NCBI GenBank assembly: GCA_043228905.1
Contig: JBHGNT010000005.1
Location: 6,324,001 to 6,388,000 of the forward strand
Source: Azolla caroliniana
Lineage: Eukaryota; Plantae; Polypodiophyta
Length of the DNA stretch: 64,000 bases
Direction: 5' to 3'
Made by a program: the position numbers and the translations under genes. Positions 10,920-21,049 of the stretch are shown here, in pieces; the first letter of the stretch is position 1, and every line of letters starts with the position of its first letter. Under the pieces are notes generated by a model. The model was not told the DNA's origin. It saw nothing but the letters and a program-made list of their open reading frames with translations, and made no database searches.

Positions 10920-11637
10920 TGTCGGGGTTGCTACGCCCTTGCGTGTAGAAAGGAGGAGGGACCACGGGGGTCTCGAACCGAAGAGCAAGAGAAAGAGGGG
11001 TAAGAGAGAGAGAGACCCGATTACACAGAACCGAAGATCCGATTGCGCAGAACCGACGGTTGCACAGGGACACGGCCCAACAAACAGAGATCACAAATAC
11101 ACGCCGACGCAGATGGACGCAACAACGAGAGATATGTACTTATGAATGCAAGAAAATAACAGACTAAAGTGTTACAACCCACGGTGGGGCACAAAATAGA
11201 TACTAACGAAAACGAACGGGGCAGCGAACAGATGCCGACCCCTGTATGTCGCGACGCACAGAAAGGGAAAACAGGTCGGAGGTGCTGCAGGACGCACTCG
11301 GGGCGTTCCACGGAACAGCGCAAGCCTCCTCGAAACCTGCACAGGTACGCGATGGAGCAGAAGACAGAGAAGCCGGAGTGTGAGAGAAGCTCCGAAATCG
11401 GTTCGGCAGCACTTCGTCCTCTCCGCGGGAGATGCCACTTCTCTTCTTCCTCTTCCCTTTTTATAGCCCGTCAAGAGGCCGTTTGGCATTGACTGCATAC
11501 CAACCGAATCTTCCCATCTAGGATCCTCGTATGTACCTACTTCGTCCTTAGGTACTTCTTGGCGCGCGCGTGTGTGTAGAGCCGTTTCCCACGCCTTGTT
11601 CCTCCGATTCCTCTTGTGGGCGGTTTTCTTCACGACA
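10920..11637 (-). repeat. 5' LTR of the nested gypsy element
   Basis: Direct repeat of 4472-5189; TATA-like GGCTATAAAAAGGG on the minus strand at ~11456-11469. Confidence 0.97.
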
Positions 11638-12160
11638 ACGTGCTGAAACATTGTGACCTCCCCCACGTCGAAGCGGGAATACCATCGAGCAACCGGTCCA
11701 TCGAGGGATAGAGCAAATTCTGCGATTTTGGAGGACTCGATTTTGGCAGCCGATAACCGTTGCGTCGAGTCGTTGGCCTGCCATGTGGACACGAAAGCAC
11801 GGGTGTGTGATTCCGCGTTGGGACCATCTGTATATCGTGGGTAAGGGTAAGGCATGGTATCAAGATCTGGGTCTTCAAGTAAAGCCGAAAAAGGGTTAGG
11901 GTCAGGTTGGGTGACCTCTAGAGGGCTTGGCGGGCAGGTTGGTGCGGAATCAACTCGCGACTGGGTATCGGGTGGCGAGGATTGCAACCGGTGAGCCTCT
12001 GATAGTTCCTAGAATGATTGGTCAGTGAGCGCCGAGTCGGAAGTTCCTTCGACTAGCTCAGGGCGTCGGGCAGATGGCTGAGACCGCGTGATGCGATTGG
12101 GCGCCGTAATGGCGGCTGGGGTTTGCCTCCTACGTAGTTCATTGTGACCTTACAGTTGTA

Positions 12161-12173
12161 ACCGGGTGTGCCA
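12161..12173 (-). promoter_or_regulatory. Primer-binding site of the outer element, tRNA-Arg-like
   Basis: Minus strand reads TGGCACACCCGGT, 3 nt from the LTR; close to the TGGCACGCCC tRNA-Arg-type PBS with one transition. Confidence 0.6.
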
Positions 12174-12176
12174 AAT

Positions 12177-12674
12177 TGTGTTAGCCGTTTCTAGGGAAAC
12201 ACCTTCGATGAGACCACAGGCTATCGATATCAAGGGATCGTGTTACGTGGAAGCCTCTTCTACACTGAGAAGACGATATGAGAACGAGGAGCGTACACGG
12301 GCTACAACCCGTTAGGCATAGACGTAGCTCGGTTGCAAGTACCGGGGAGAATACACAGATGAAGGAACAGTAAGAGCGAGATTTATATTAAATGAAAAGC
12401 TCACAACGATTACAGTACACGACACTCAGCCGGAAACAGGTTGTGCAGAGCTCAGTGCTACGATAGTAATCTTACTAAATAATCTATATCCTCTCCCCTT
12501 TGAGGTATGCATATCTCAGGTTATATAGTTTTCCTCTTTAGACAGAGCCGAGCCATCGTCTGATTGTGAGGGCTAAAAACTCGACTATTTCTAGTTCTAC
12601 CTATTTCCTCACCTACTATTCTACCTAACGACGAGTTTACATAATGTATTTATATTTTTGGCCTATGGACAACA
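12177..12674 (-). repeat. 5' LTR of the outer gypsy element (boundaries +/- a few bp)
   Basis: TG...ACA-bounded ~500-bp segment directly adjacent to the PBS. The partner LTR lies outside the window, so the ends are not confirmed. Confidence 0.6.
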
Positions 12675-13309
12675 CTCTCTCTTACCTTTTCACCATACCT
12701 TCTCCCACTCACTCATGTGCACATCAAACCCTTATATACACACACATTGTACACAACCGTTAGCCCCCTTTTCCCCGATTTTCTCACGGTTGTCGTACAT
12801 CTTCACGACAATGGTTTCCCCATTCCATGAAGAATATGATTTTGTAGTTAGGTGTAACATGTGTAGTATAATGTGTGAAGCGTGAGCCTCCACATTTGAC
12901 CCATGTCATGATACGTTGGCGTTGCAAAAAGACCTCATTTACAAAGGAATCTAGTGATGCATCATGAAACAAGTGTGTTGCACCTCATCTACCAAAAAAA
13001 AAATCCATATCTTGCATCCATTGTCGGAACACAAAATTTTGCTTTTATGCGTCTTTTGAATCTTTTTGCTTGATTCCCATGCAATTCTAGGAATTCGATG
13101 TGAGGGACTTTTTTGAATCGAAAGTTTGAATTCAACAACCATTTCCATGGCCATGATCTCAATGGGAAGTGATCTCGTCTCAACGAGGAGGGTGTATGTC
13201 GTTTGTTTCTTAACTTGTAAAAACTTTGTAAGAAAATGTTTTTGGACATTTCCAAACTCTTTTCAAGTAGATTTAGGGATGCTACCGCCCCATACTTCCA
13301 CCCCATAGA

Positions 13310-14132
13310 TGTCGGGAACCCAACGTTCCTTATGCGCAACGCTCGGCCACAACCGAGATTCGTTTCATACACAAAAAACGGGAAATAGAACACGACACAA
13401 AGAGGAGAAAGATACACAGGAGGTTTACGTGGAAAACCCCAAACTAGGGGAAAAAACCACGGCAGCCCACGGGCTGCAAACTGTCACTATGTAAGAATGT
13501 ACAAAACAGTGAGTTTACGGAGACAACGACCTTGTGCTCACAATCTTCGCCACAGGCGGCGGTTACAACAGAGGCAACGATCTCGTCTCTCTCTCTACCT
13601 CTGTACAGTTACGCACTCTCACTTCTTGCACCAACAAGAAAAATCACAACGTCCAACACTATCTAAAAGGTTTGCCCTAAGCCATATTTATACTAATATG
13701 ACTTTTCGGCTATTTACAAATGTAGCCTCAATGGGCTCTTAGAAACATATTTACGAATATGTCTCTTCATCCGGTTCATACCGGGCCTGTACCATCCGGC
13801 TCTCCGTAGCCGAGTACTCCTCATTTGGTTCATACCGGGCCTGCACCATCCGGCTCTCCGTAGCCGAGTGCTCCTCATCCAGTCTTCACCGGGTCTGCGT
13901 CATCCGGCTCTCCGTAGCTGGGTGCTCCTCATCCGGTCTTCACCGGGTCTGTATCATCTGGCTCTCCATAGCCGGGTACTCCTCATCCGGTCTTCACCGG
14001 GTCTGTATCATCCGGCTCTCCGTAGCCGGGTACTCCTCATCCGGTCTCGGCCTCGGCCTATCGACCTCGGCCGAGTTTGTTTATAGGCACTGTTATTCTC
14101 GCTTCCCATCCGGAGGGACCTGTTTCCCAACA
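13310..14132 (-). mobile_element. Solo LTR (823 bp, probably copia-type) with 5-bp TSD
   Basis: TGTCGGGAA...TTCCCAACA termini; TSD ATAGA at 13305-13309 and 14133-14137; minus-strand TATAAATA at ~13685-13692. Confidence 0.9.
13765..14047. repeat. 54-bp tandem repeat (~5 copies) in the LTR U3
   Basis: Unit ~CTCATCCGGTCTTCACCGGGTCTGTATCATCCGGCTCTCCGTAGCCGGGTACTC. Confidence 0.9.
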
Positions 14133-14698
14133 ATAGAGAAGTATTGGTTCACCAATGTGTCAAAAAGGTATTTCGTGAGGACCCAACACTTAATATCTCC
14201 ATGATTGCATGTGTTCTCAAATGCATAATATGATCGTTTTCCCCCCTCTAAGCGGTGTGTAACACATTCATTCCATCTATGATTTAAAGAAACTTCAAGG
14301 CCAAGATATTTGAAGCTTTACTCACATTCAAGTGGCTCGTTATTGTACATAATGCATGGTTTATCTATTTTTTGGCTCTTCACAAATGTAATCTTTGTTT
14401 TAGAGCTATTAACACTTAATTTAGTATGCATGCAAATTTTTTCTAATGCCTTCATAAGCTTTTGTGTATCTCCTAAAGTTTTTGCAAAAATCACTACACA
14501 TCCACACATAGCAAAAACATAATGACAACATTCCCAATGGCAACTTCTTCAACATATTCTTCTTTTACAAACTTGGCAACCATTTCTTCCAATCCATCAA
14601 TGCATAAACCAAATAGAGTTGGTGAAAGTGGGCATCCTTGCTTTACACCAATAGTGCTATTGAAAAAATACGAAAGTCTATCTCTCATATGCACGAGA

Positions 14699-15356
14699 GA
14701 GAGAAAGAAAAGAAAGAAAGATATATTAACGTCTTCTAAGGCCAAATTTGGCCCATGAGACAATTGGTTTACAACAAAAGAGTTTTTATCCAGTCATCAT
14801 AACTAAAATAAAATTAAGTAAAAAATAGAACTTAAACTAAAAGAGTTCTAGTAGTGTACAATATGTAGTATACTCGAAAGTGACTATACACTAAGCCTAA
14901 TTTTATTTCCACCCAAGCCTCTCGAAAAGAAGTGGGGGGTCAAAGGGTCTTGATGTGGGTTCCAGTGTAGAGAGTGCCCTAGCCATGGCTTCTAGGCGGT
15001 GTAGCTCACGTTCCCTTATTTTCAATATTGCTTCCACATCACGTCGAGTTGCTTTGAAACCCGGCACGTGAGGACGTCTGGTTCTTCTCTGGTTTTCTGC
15101 CTCATCAATGGAAAGGCCGAGTGGTGCAAGTGTGTCGGCATTCGTTGTCTCCTCAGGTTCCTGAAAAACTTCATTTGTTACATGTTCGTGATCATTAGCA
15201 ACATTATTGTCAACATTTTGTAACTTATTCTCTCTGTATTGTTTTAGCTCTAGAATGTATTTACCTAATTTCTTTATATCTAGAGTATCTAATAGTTTGG
15301 GGAGGGTGGGAGACGGACCAAGTATGTCTTGGTATTTTGCCCTTATTTCGGCATAG
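14699..15356 (-). mobile_element. 5'-truncated copy of the RTEX-like LINE (3' end only)
   Basis: Homologous to 19385-20036; same C-terminal ORF (…LLFERLGWK), 3' UTR and (TTTC)n tail. Confidence 0.9.
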
Positions 15357-15369
15357 ATTATGCATGACA

Positions 15370-17251
15370 CATTCATCAAGAATTGATTACGATGCAATTA
15401 AATCTAGAGAAAGCTTATGATCATGTTAATTGGTCCTTTGTTTCTTGGTTAATGCACACAATGGGCTTTGGACCACATATGTGTCACCTCATATTTTGTT
15501 ACTCATCCCTTGTTAATGATGTTATTAAGGCTTACAACAAATGGTGGCATTATGGGTCTACACCTTCCATCAAGAGGACAATTGGTAGCACATGCTTTGG
15601 TTGATGACTCTTTCATGTTTCTACGAGCATGTATGTAACCCATTTGCATTAGCTTCTAAATTACATAATCATTAGAGGAACTCCAATCTCATATCATGTA
15701 ATGAAAGAGATTTTGAATGTCTAGGATGCCAAGGATTCATTGTTAGGAAGGACTCTATTTTTAGGTACTTCTGGTATCCATTAGCAATTAATGTTATGAA
15801 TAGTCAATTGATTGAATAACTGTCTAGTAATTTAAGGGGTAAATTAATGTATTGGAAGTCACAATCTTGGCCATTTCATGTACTATACTTGAAGGTTGTA
15901 CAATGTATTATAGAACCCATGATACTACATTACTTGCCATTTTTGCCATGGACAAAGAAGGATTTGCATTCTGTTTTGCAAGTTGTTCAATATTTGTTGT
16001 GGAGGAAGAGGGATAAGATAGGAATCACATGTTTGCATGGAATCGTCAACAACCCCTAAATGCTTAGGGGGACATGGAATATTGAACTTATCTATGCATA
16101 TGATGGGTCGTAGATTTTCATTATTGCAAGACTTGTGTTTAGAATCACAACCATAGATATCTATTGTTCAATATTTCACTGAAAAGAAGGGTTTAACACA
16201 TGGGAGGACAACAATTTAGGCGTCATAGTGACAATTACTGAACATATGTATTTCACTTAGGATTCCCTATTCTTCATTTGTTTAACACTTGATTCTATCA
16301 TGCAAGAAGTGCTCTCATTATTTGTATGGAAACCATCATCTAGAACAAAGCAGTGTAACTCTTAGCAAAGAGTTACTTATGTCTTCTTAGTTATTATGTT
16401 GGCTTGGAAAAGAGATTGCTCTTTCAATTTAATCAGTTGTTTCGTTCGAGGGTCATAGAGGTGGGAGGTATAGTTGAAGCTCGACCTCAAAGAATTTTGA
16501 CAATACTAACCCAATTATGGGTTTATTTGGCAACAACTACAAAATATTGCATTGATGCAATGTCCTTTATTTCAACCATGGGTTGATTAATGTTTAGTGG
16601 TCAAACACCGTTTTTACAAGTGACTACTAATCTCTTGTATCATTGCTCTGTTTAGGCTCATTGATGCCTATCGTCGTAAAACGTAGTTGGCATTCAAATT
16701 TCCACTTGTAATGAAGGTCTTCATTTTGAGAGTTTTGATTGGGGTTTTGCCTTTGGGATTAGCTCTAAAGCGATGTGGACTAGAAATGAGCAATTGCTTC
16801 TTTTGCATTGTTCAAGTGGAAGATAGTACTCATCATTTCATACAATGTATGGTTGCTTTTCAAATATGGAGTTGCATTTCTCAAAATTGGCAAATTTCGT
16901 CACGATGTTACTTGACGCCAAGATAGTGGGTGTTTGCACAATTCACATAAGTCGACCCAAAATTAGAGATGAAGATCATTTTCCTATTTTTGAGGTATTG
17001 GGGATAATGTCATAATTGGGATTGTGCGCAATGCTTTTTGTATTTGATGGTAGGCATGGAGTACTAATACAACAATTTTCATTATTTGAGGAAGTGCAAA
17101 TTCTTACCTTAGTGGAATATTTGTCTTCCCTATTGGCAATTCACCATGTTCCACTACCCATGTAGTTAGTGGGAGACTATACTCTATTATGACACCAATT
17201 GTAAGTAGTGTTTTTCACACACATTTATTAATATAATTGTGTGTTTTCACC
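15370..17251 (+). mobile_element. Decayed L1/Tx1-like LINE (RT to 3' end)
   Basis: LNLEKAYDHVNWSF RT motif; zf-RVT-like KVFILRVLIGVLPLG...CFFC...H...C; 3' end shared with 28001-28560. Confidence 0.8.
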
Positions 17252-17738
17252 AGAGATAGTGTGTGTGAGTGAGTGAGTGAGGGTTGAGTAAAGTTCACTT
17301 GTTAAGAAAAGAAAAGAAAGAGGAGCATCTCAACCTTTCCTTACACAATCCGTCATTGTGCCACTTCTTTTCATCCATGCTTTTAAACACTAGATAAGTC
17401 CATGAGGCATTCAAATGAGTGCTCAATTTTAAGGCAAAACAATAATGACCTTTTCTTCCTCACTCTTGTCTTTCTTCATTTTGTTATTCTTCACCTCTCT
17501 TTACAATGGTACTTAATAGCCCCATTTATAGGAGTTACATAGGTTTAAACTATCATACACAATATTGGTGCTACTTGTGAAATATTCACTCATAGTTTGT
17601 GTTTGTACCTTAAAAAGTTAAAATCTGTGTTAATTGCTTTTCTTAATATGTGTATTCCTGTTGTTAATAATAGCTTTCATATCCAAGTACTTGACTTATT
17701 AAGTTATTAGCTTATTCCTATTAAAAGACATTAAAAGA

Positions 17739-20004
17739 CATAAGGGGGGGGACCCCATGGACCCAAATACTTATAGGACCATTATGATAGGTCATACCCT
17801 TGCTAAATTATATGGTGCAGTAATGGAGGCAGAGCTTAGCGAGTATATGGAGACCTTAAATCTTCGTGCACCTGAACAGGCCGGTTTTAGACGAGCCTTC
17901 TCCACTATTGACCATATCTTCACACTTAGATGCTTAATTGACCAGACTAAGGCTCGCAAGAAGAAACTATATTGTTGTTTTGTGGACTTCCGCAAAGCCT
18001 TTGACACGGTCCCTAGAGAGCGGTTGTTTGATAGGCTTAAGAGCTTGAGGATACCAGATGACATGGTTTGGGCCATCTACGCACTATATGAACAAGTGTC
18101 CGGGTGTGTTCGATGCCCAGGCGGCATATCCGATAGTTTCACTAGCACTATTGGTGTAAAACAAGGTTGCCCCTTATCTCCGACTCTTTTTGGGATCTAC
18201 ATTGATGAGATCACAGATTTTATTGCTCGTAAGGGAGGCAATGGAGTAGTCCTTGGAGATACGCAGGTGCGTATCTTGCTCTATGCAGATGACATAGTTT
18301 TGCTCTCTGAATCCGAACACGACCTACAAAGGCACCTTAATGCCTTAGATGACTTTTGCACACAACGAGGATTGGTAGTGAATCTAGGGAAAACTAAAGT
18401 CCTTATCTTCCACACGTCGGCCCAAGTTAGGGCTAAGTGTCACCTAACTATCTCCCATAGCCCAGTTGAGGTGGTTGGATCATATGTCTATCTCGGAGTC
18501 ACTTTCAGTGCCCGCTCAGGTAAATTTTCGATGACACAAGCAGCGAAGGATAGACTTACAAGAGGACATGCATCCCTCTCACTCCTCGAGAGACAATGCC
18601 ACCAAGCATACTTCCAAGAGCCACGAACTAAAGGGTGGCTCTTTGACTCATTAGTGACTCCCTCTCTCATGTATGCATCAGCGGTTTGGGCCCCAGGACT
18701 ACCATCTTTCATGTGGACGCAATTAGAGAGACCATTGGTGATGATGTTATCACGCCAACTCCGAAGCAAATCGTCGGTCCCACATGACATTATTAGGGCT
18801 GAGTTCACTCTACCCCCTATGTTAGTAGAAGCACTTTTTCAACTGGTAGTCTTTATACACAGGATACATAACCAACCACTTGATAGAATATCACACCAAG
18901 CCTTTAAGGCTTCTCGAGCATTGTATGAGTCCGGCTATACTAGCTCATGGTATGGCATGATGGTGAGTTGGCTTCTTGCCAACGGTCTAGACATTACTAA
19001 CCTCCCCCCCCTTAAGTACGACCACACGAATGATAACACTTTACTCTCTCATGAGGACCGTAATAAAGTAATACGCCAAGAAATATGGCAAATTTATACC
19101 CGGTATAAATGGATCACCCCACTAGAGCCACTCCCATCTAAAATGTCGTACTATAAAGAACACTTTATGCACTTCTCTGAGTTAGGTTTTATCACGCGCC
19201 CAAAATATCTAGATGTATTCTTACCACATGCACTAAGGGTTGCCATTGGTCAACTTAGAATATCATCTCACCAACTTGAGATTGAGAATGGACGTACTAA
19301 TGGAGTCCCTAGGGAGGAAAGGATATGTAGGTTATGCCACATAGAGATAGAGGATGAGTACCATTTTACATGCAAATGCCCCACCTATGCCGAGATAAGG
19401 GCAAAATACCAAGACATACTTGGTTCCTCTCCCACCCTCCCTAAACTATTAGATACACTAGATATAAAGAAATTAGGTAGATACATCTTAGAATTGAAAC
19501 ACCACAGAGAGAACAAATTACAAAACGTTGATAATAATGTTGCTAATGTTTACCAACATATAACAAATGAAGTTTTTCAGGAACAGGGGGAGACAATGAA
19601 TGTCGACACACCTGTACCACTCGGACTTCTCCTTGATGAAGCAGAAAATCAAAGAAGAACCAAACGCCCTCGGATGCCGGGTTTCAAAGCAACTCGACGA
19701 GATGTAGAAGCAATAACGAAAATAAGGGAACGTGAACTACACCGCCTAGAAGCCATGGCTAGGGCACTCTATGCATCGGGACCATGGGTCACACCCACAC
19801 CAAAAACTTTTGACCTCCCACTTCTTTTTGAGAGACTTGGGTGGAAATGAGATTAGGCTTGGTGCAAAGTTTTATACACTACTAGAACTTTCTTAGCTTA
19901 AGCTATTTTCTTTTATTTTTAGTTTTGATGATTGGATAAACACTCATCTTTTGTTGTAACCTATTTGTCTCATGGGCCAAATTTGGCCTTAGAAGACGTT
20001 AATA

Positions 20005-20036
<32 letters not shown>
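17739..20036 (+). mobile_element. 5'-truncated RTE/RTEX-like LINE with (TTTC)n tail
   Basis: Begins mid-RT (KGGDPMDPNTYR); open ORF; short 3' UTR; tandem TTTC tail at ~20008-20036. Confidence 0.9.
17757..19850 (+). CDS. LINE reverse transcriptase ORF (N-terminally truncated, no endonuclease)
   Basis: 697 aa: QAGFR, FVDFRKAFD, GVKQGCPLSP, LYADD, YLG, C-terminal RICRLC...EDEYHF..KC zinc-binding motif. Confidence 0.9.
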   Translation: MDPNTYRTIMIGHTLAKLYGAVMEAELSEYMETLNLRAPEQAGFRRAFSTIDHIFTLRCLIDQTKARKKKLYCCFVDFRKAFDTVPRERLFDRLKSLRIPDDMVWAIYALYEQVSGCVRCPGGISDSFTSTIGVKQGCPLSPTLFGIYIDEITDFIARKGGNGVVLGDTQVRILLYADDIVLLSESEHDLQRHLNALDDFCTQRGLVVNLGKTKVLIFHTSAQVRAKCHLTISHSPVEVVGSYVYLGVTFSARSGKFSMTQAAKDRLTRGHASLSLLERQCHQAYFQEPRTKGWLFDSLVTPSLMYASAVWAPGLPSFMWTQLERPLVMMLSRQLRSKSSVPHDIIRAEFTLPPMLVEALFQLVVFIHRIHNQPLDRISHQAFKASRALYESGYTSSWYGMMVSWLLANGLDITNLPPLKYDHTNDNTLLSHEDRNKVIRQEIWQIYTRYKWITPLEPLPSKMSYYKEHFMHFSELGFITRPKYLDVFLPHALRVAIGQLRISSHQLEIENGRTNGVPREERICRLCHIEIEDEYHFTCKCPTYAEIRAKYQDILGSSPTLPKLLDTLDIKKLGRYILELKHHRENKLQNVDNNVANVYQHITNEVFQEQGETMNVDTPVPLGLLLDEAENQRRTKRPRMPGFKATRRDVEAITKIRERELHRLEAMARALYASGPWVTPTPKTFDLPLLFERLGWK

Positions 20037-20037
<1 letters not shown>

Positions 20038-20578
20038 CTCTCAAACACCCACACCCACATGGTCTTCGTTTTTGTGAATTAAAAACATAGTATTCTTATC
20101 TCGAAAATATGAAAACTAGCTTGTTATTGTGTTGGAATAGGCTTAGCTACTGACTTGTCATAAATATTAGCTAATGTTACAGAGATCAATGTAGGATGCA
20201 CTTTCATTATTATACATCTATGAATGCTAAGGTTTTGAGGTCGGTTCACTCATTATTGCTATATTCGGGCTACTTTTATCATTATTAGAACAACTAACTA
20301 CTAATTTGTTTTCCAAGTTAGTAAGTGTGCCACCTTTATTTACCCCATTCTTACAAAATCTATTAACTACACTCAAATGATAGAAATTCATGCATAATTT
20401 CCTTTTCAATATGAGTAGTTGCAAATCAAGATTTGTTTCTGAATGGTTGGAGCATCATGTCAGAATTGTAGCAAATTTGAGGCTTTACAGTTCTCCATAA
20501 ACTATACCCTAAAATCGTTCCTTTGTATGAAAATATCCCTCACAATTAGCACATATTGATTACTTTTGCTTTTGATTA

Positions 20579-21049
20579 ATGGTGCAATGTTTTGTATTGT
20601 TAGGAGTGAGATGCACGAACCTACACTTGGTGAACTATGCAACAAAGAGAATATGTGCAAGATATTGGGTGCCTAATGAAGTGGGTGGAGGCTGCCAAGT
20701 ATTGTCACCTGGCCAAGCATGGGATGTGTTTGCCACACCTAGTTGGCGTGCAGCAACACTTTGGGCAATCAAAGATGAATGTGGCCCATGCAACACTGGA
20801 CCACCCACTGGGGTCAGTCAATTTGAGATCACCATTGGTGGTGGTTGGGGAAATGACTACTATGATTTATCAATACTTGCAGGGTTCAACCTTGGTATGA
20901 AGGTTACACCTACCAACTTTCGTTGTGCCTCACAATCTTGTCTTGTCCCATCCCCCTCTACTTGCCAAGGGTTTTTTCCTGGTGGGCCCGATCGTACCAA
21001 TGCTTGTCCCTATGGATCCACTGACTACAACATTGCATTCTATAATTAA
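20579..21049 (+). CDS. Small thaumatin-like (PR-5 family) protein, intronless, atypical
   Basis: GGG..LSPGQAW, QFEIT, NDYYDLSILAGFNLGMKVTP and C..GSTDYNIAF match the thaumatin layout with domain II deleted; the signal peptide is very short. Confidence 0.8.
   Translation: MVQCFVLLGVRCTNLHLVNYATKRICARYWVPNEVGGGCQVLSPGQAWDVFATPSWRAATLWAIKDECGPCNTGPPTGVSQFEITIGGGWGNDYYDLSILAGFNLGMKVTPTNFRCASQSCLVPSPSTCQGFFPGGPDRTNACPYGSTDYNIAFYN

Larger units (their letters stand above)
4472..11637 (-). mobile_element. Intact, very recent Ty3/gypsy LTR retrotransposon (7166 bp), Ylt1-like features
   Basis: Two 718-bp LTRs, TSD ACGT (4468-4471 / 11638-11641), PBS, PPT, uninterrupted gag-PR and RT-RH-IN ORFs; GC- and CpG-rich relative to the host. 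Confidence 0.97.
1..12674 (-). mobile_element. Decayed Ty3/gypsy LTR retrotransposon (non-chromovirus, Athila/Tat-like RT); runs off the left edge and hosts two nested insertions
   Basis: Minus-strand remnants in gypsy order: gag 11640-12100 (FALSLDGPVARWY), rejoining across the nested element as FQHV|QTKFLELF at ~4467; CCHC knuckles at ~3500-4105; protease IIDGGSGVNVI at ~3030; RT ~500-1050 (LDGFSGYNQI, MMFGLK, FLDD); RNase H 1-420 (EALGMVY..KFRHYLLG..VDH). Many stops and frameshifts. Confidence 0.9.
12811..14690 (-). mobile_element. Decayed RTE/RTEX-like LINE fragment, interrupted by a solo LTR
   Basis: STIGVKQGCPLSPTLFGLCID, LSVNSSKTKI and YGVEVWGG-like remnants with frameshifts. Confidence 0.8.

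Noticed and set aside
5343-11003. Many long plus-strand ORFs (up to 265 aa) antisense to gag/pol
   Set aside because: Expected from the high GC and codon bias of the sense ORFs; no recognisable motifs.
11172-11987. 271-aa ORF as a novel gene
   Set aside because: Chimeric read-through from the outer element's gag into the nested LTR.
13765-14047. Regular repeats resembling a CRISPR array
   Set aside because: Head-to-tail units with no unique spacers, inside a eukaryotic LTR, and no cas genes.
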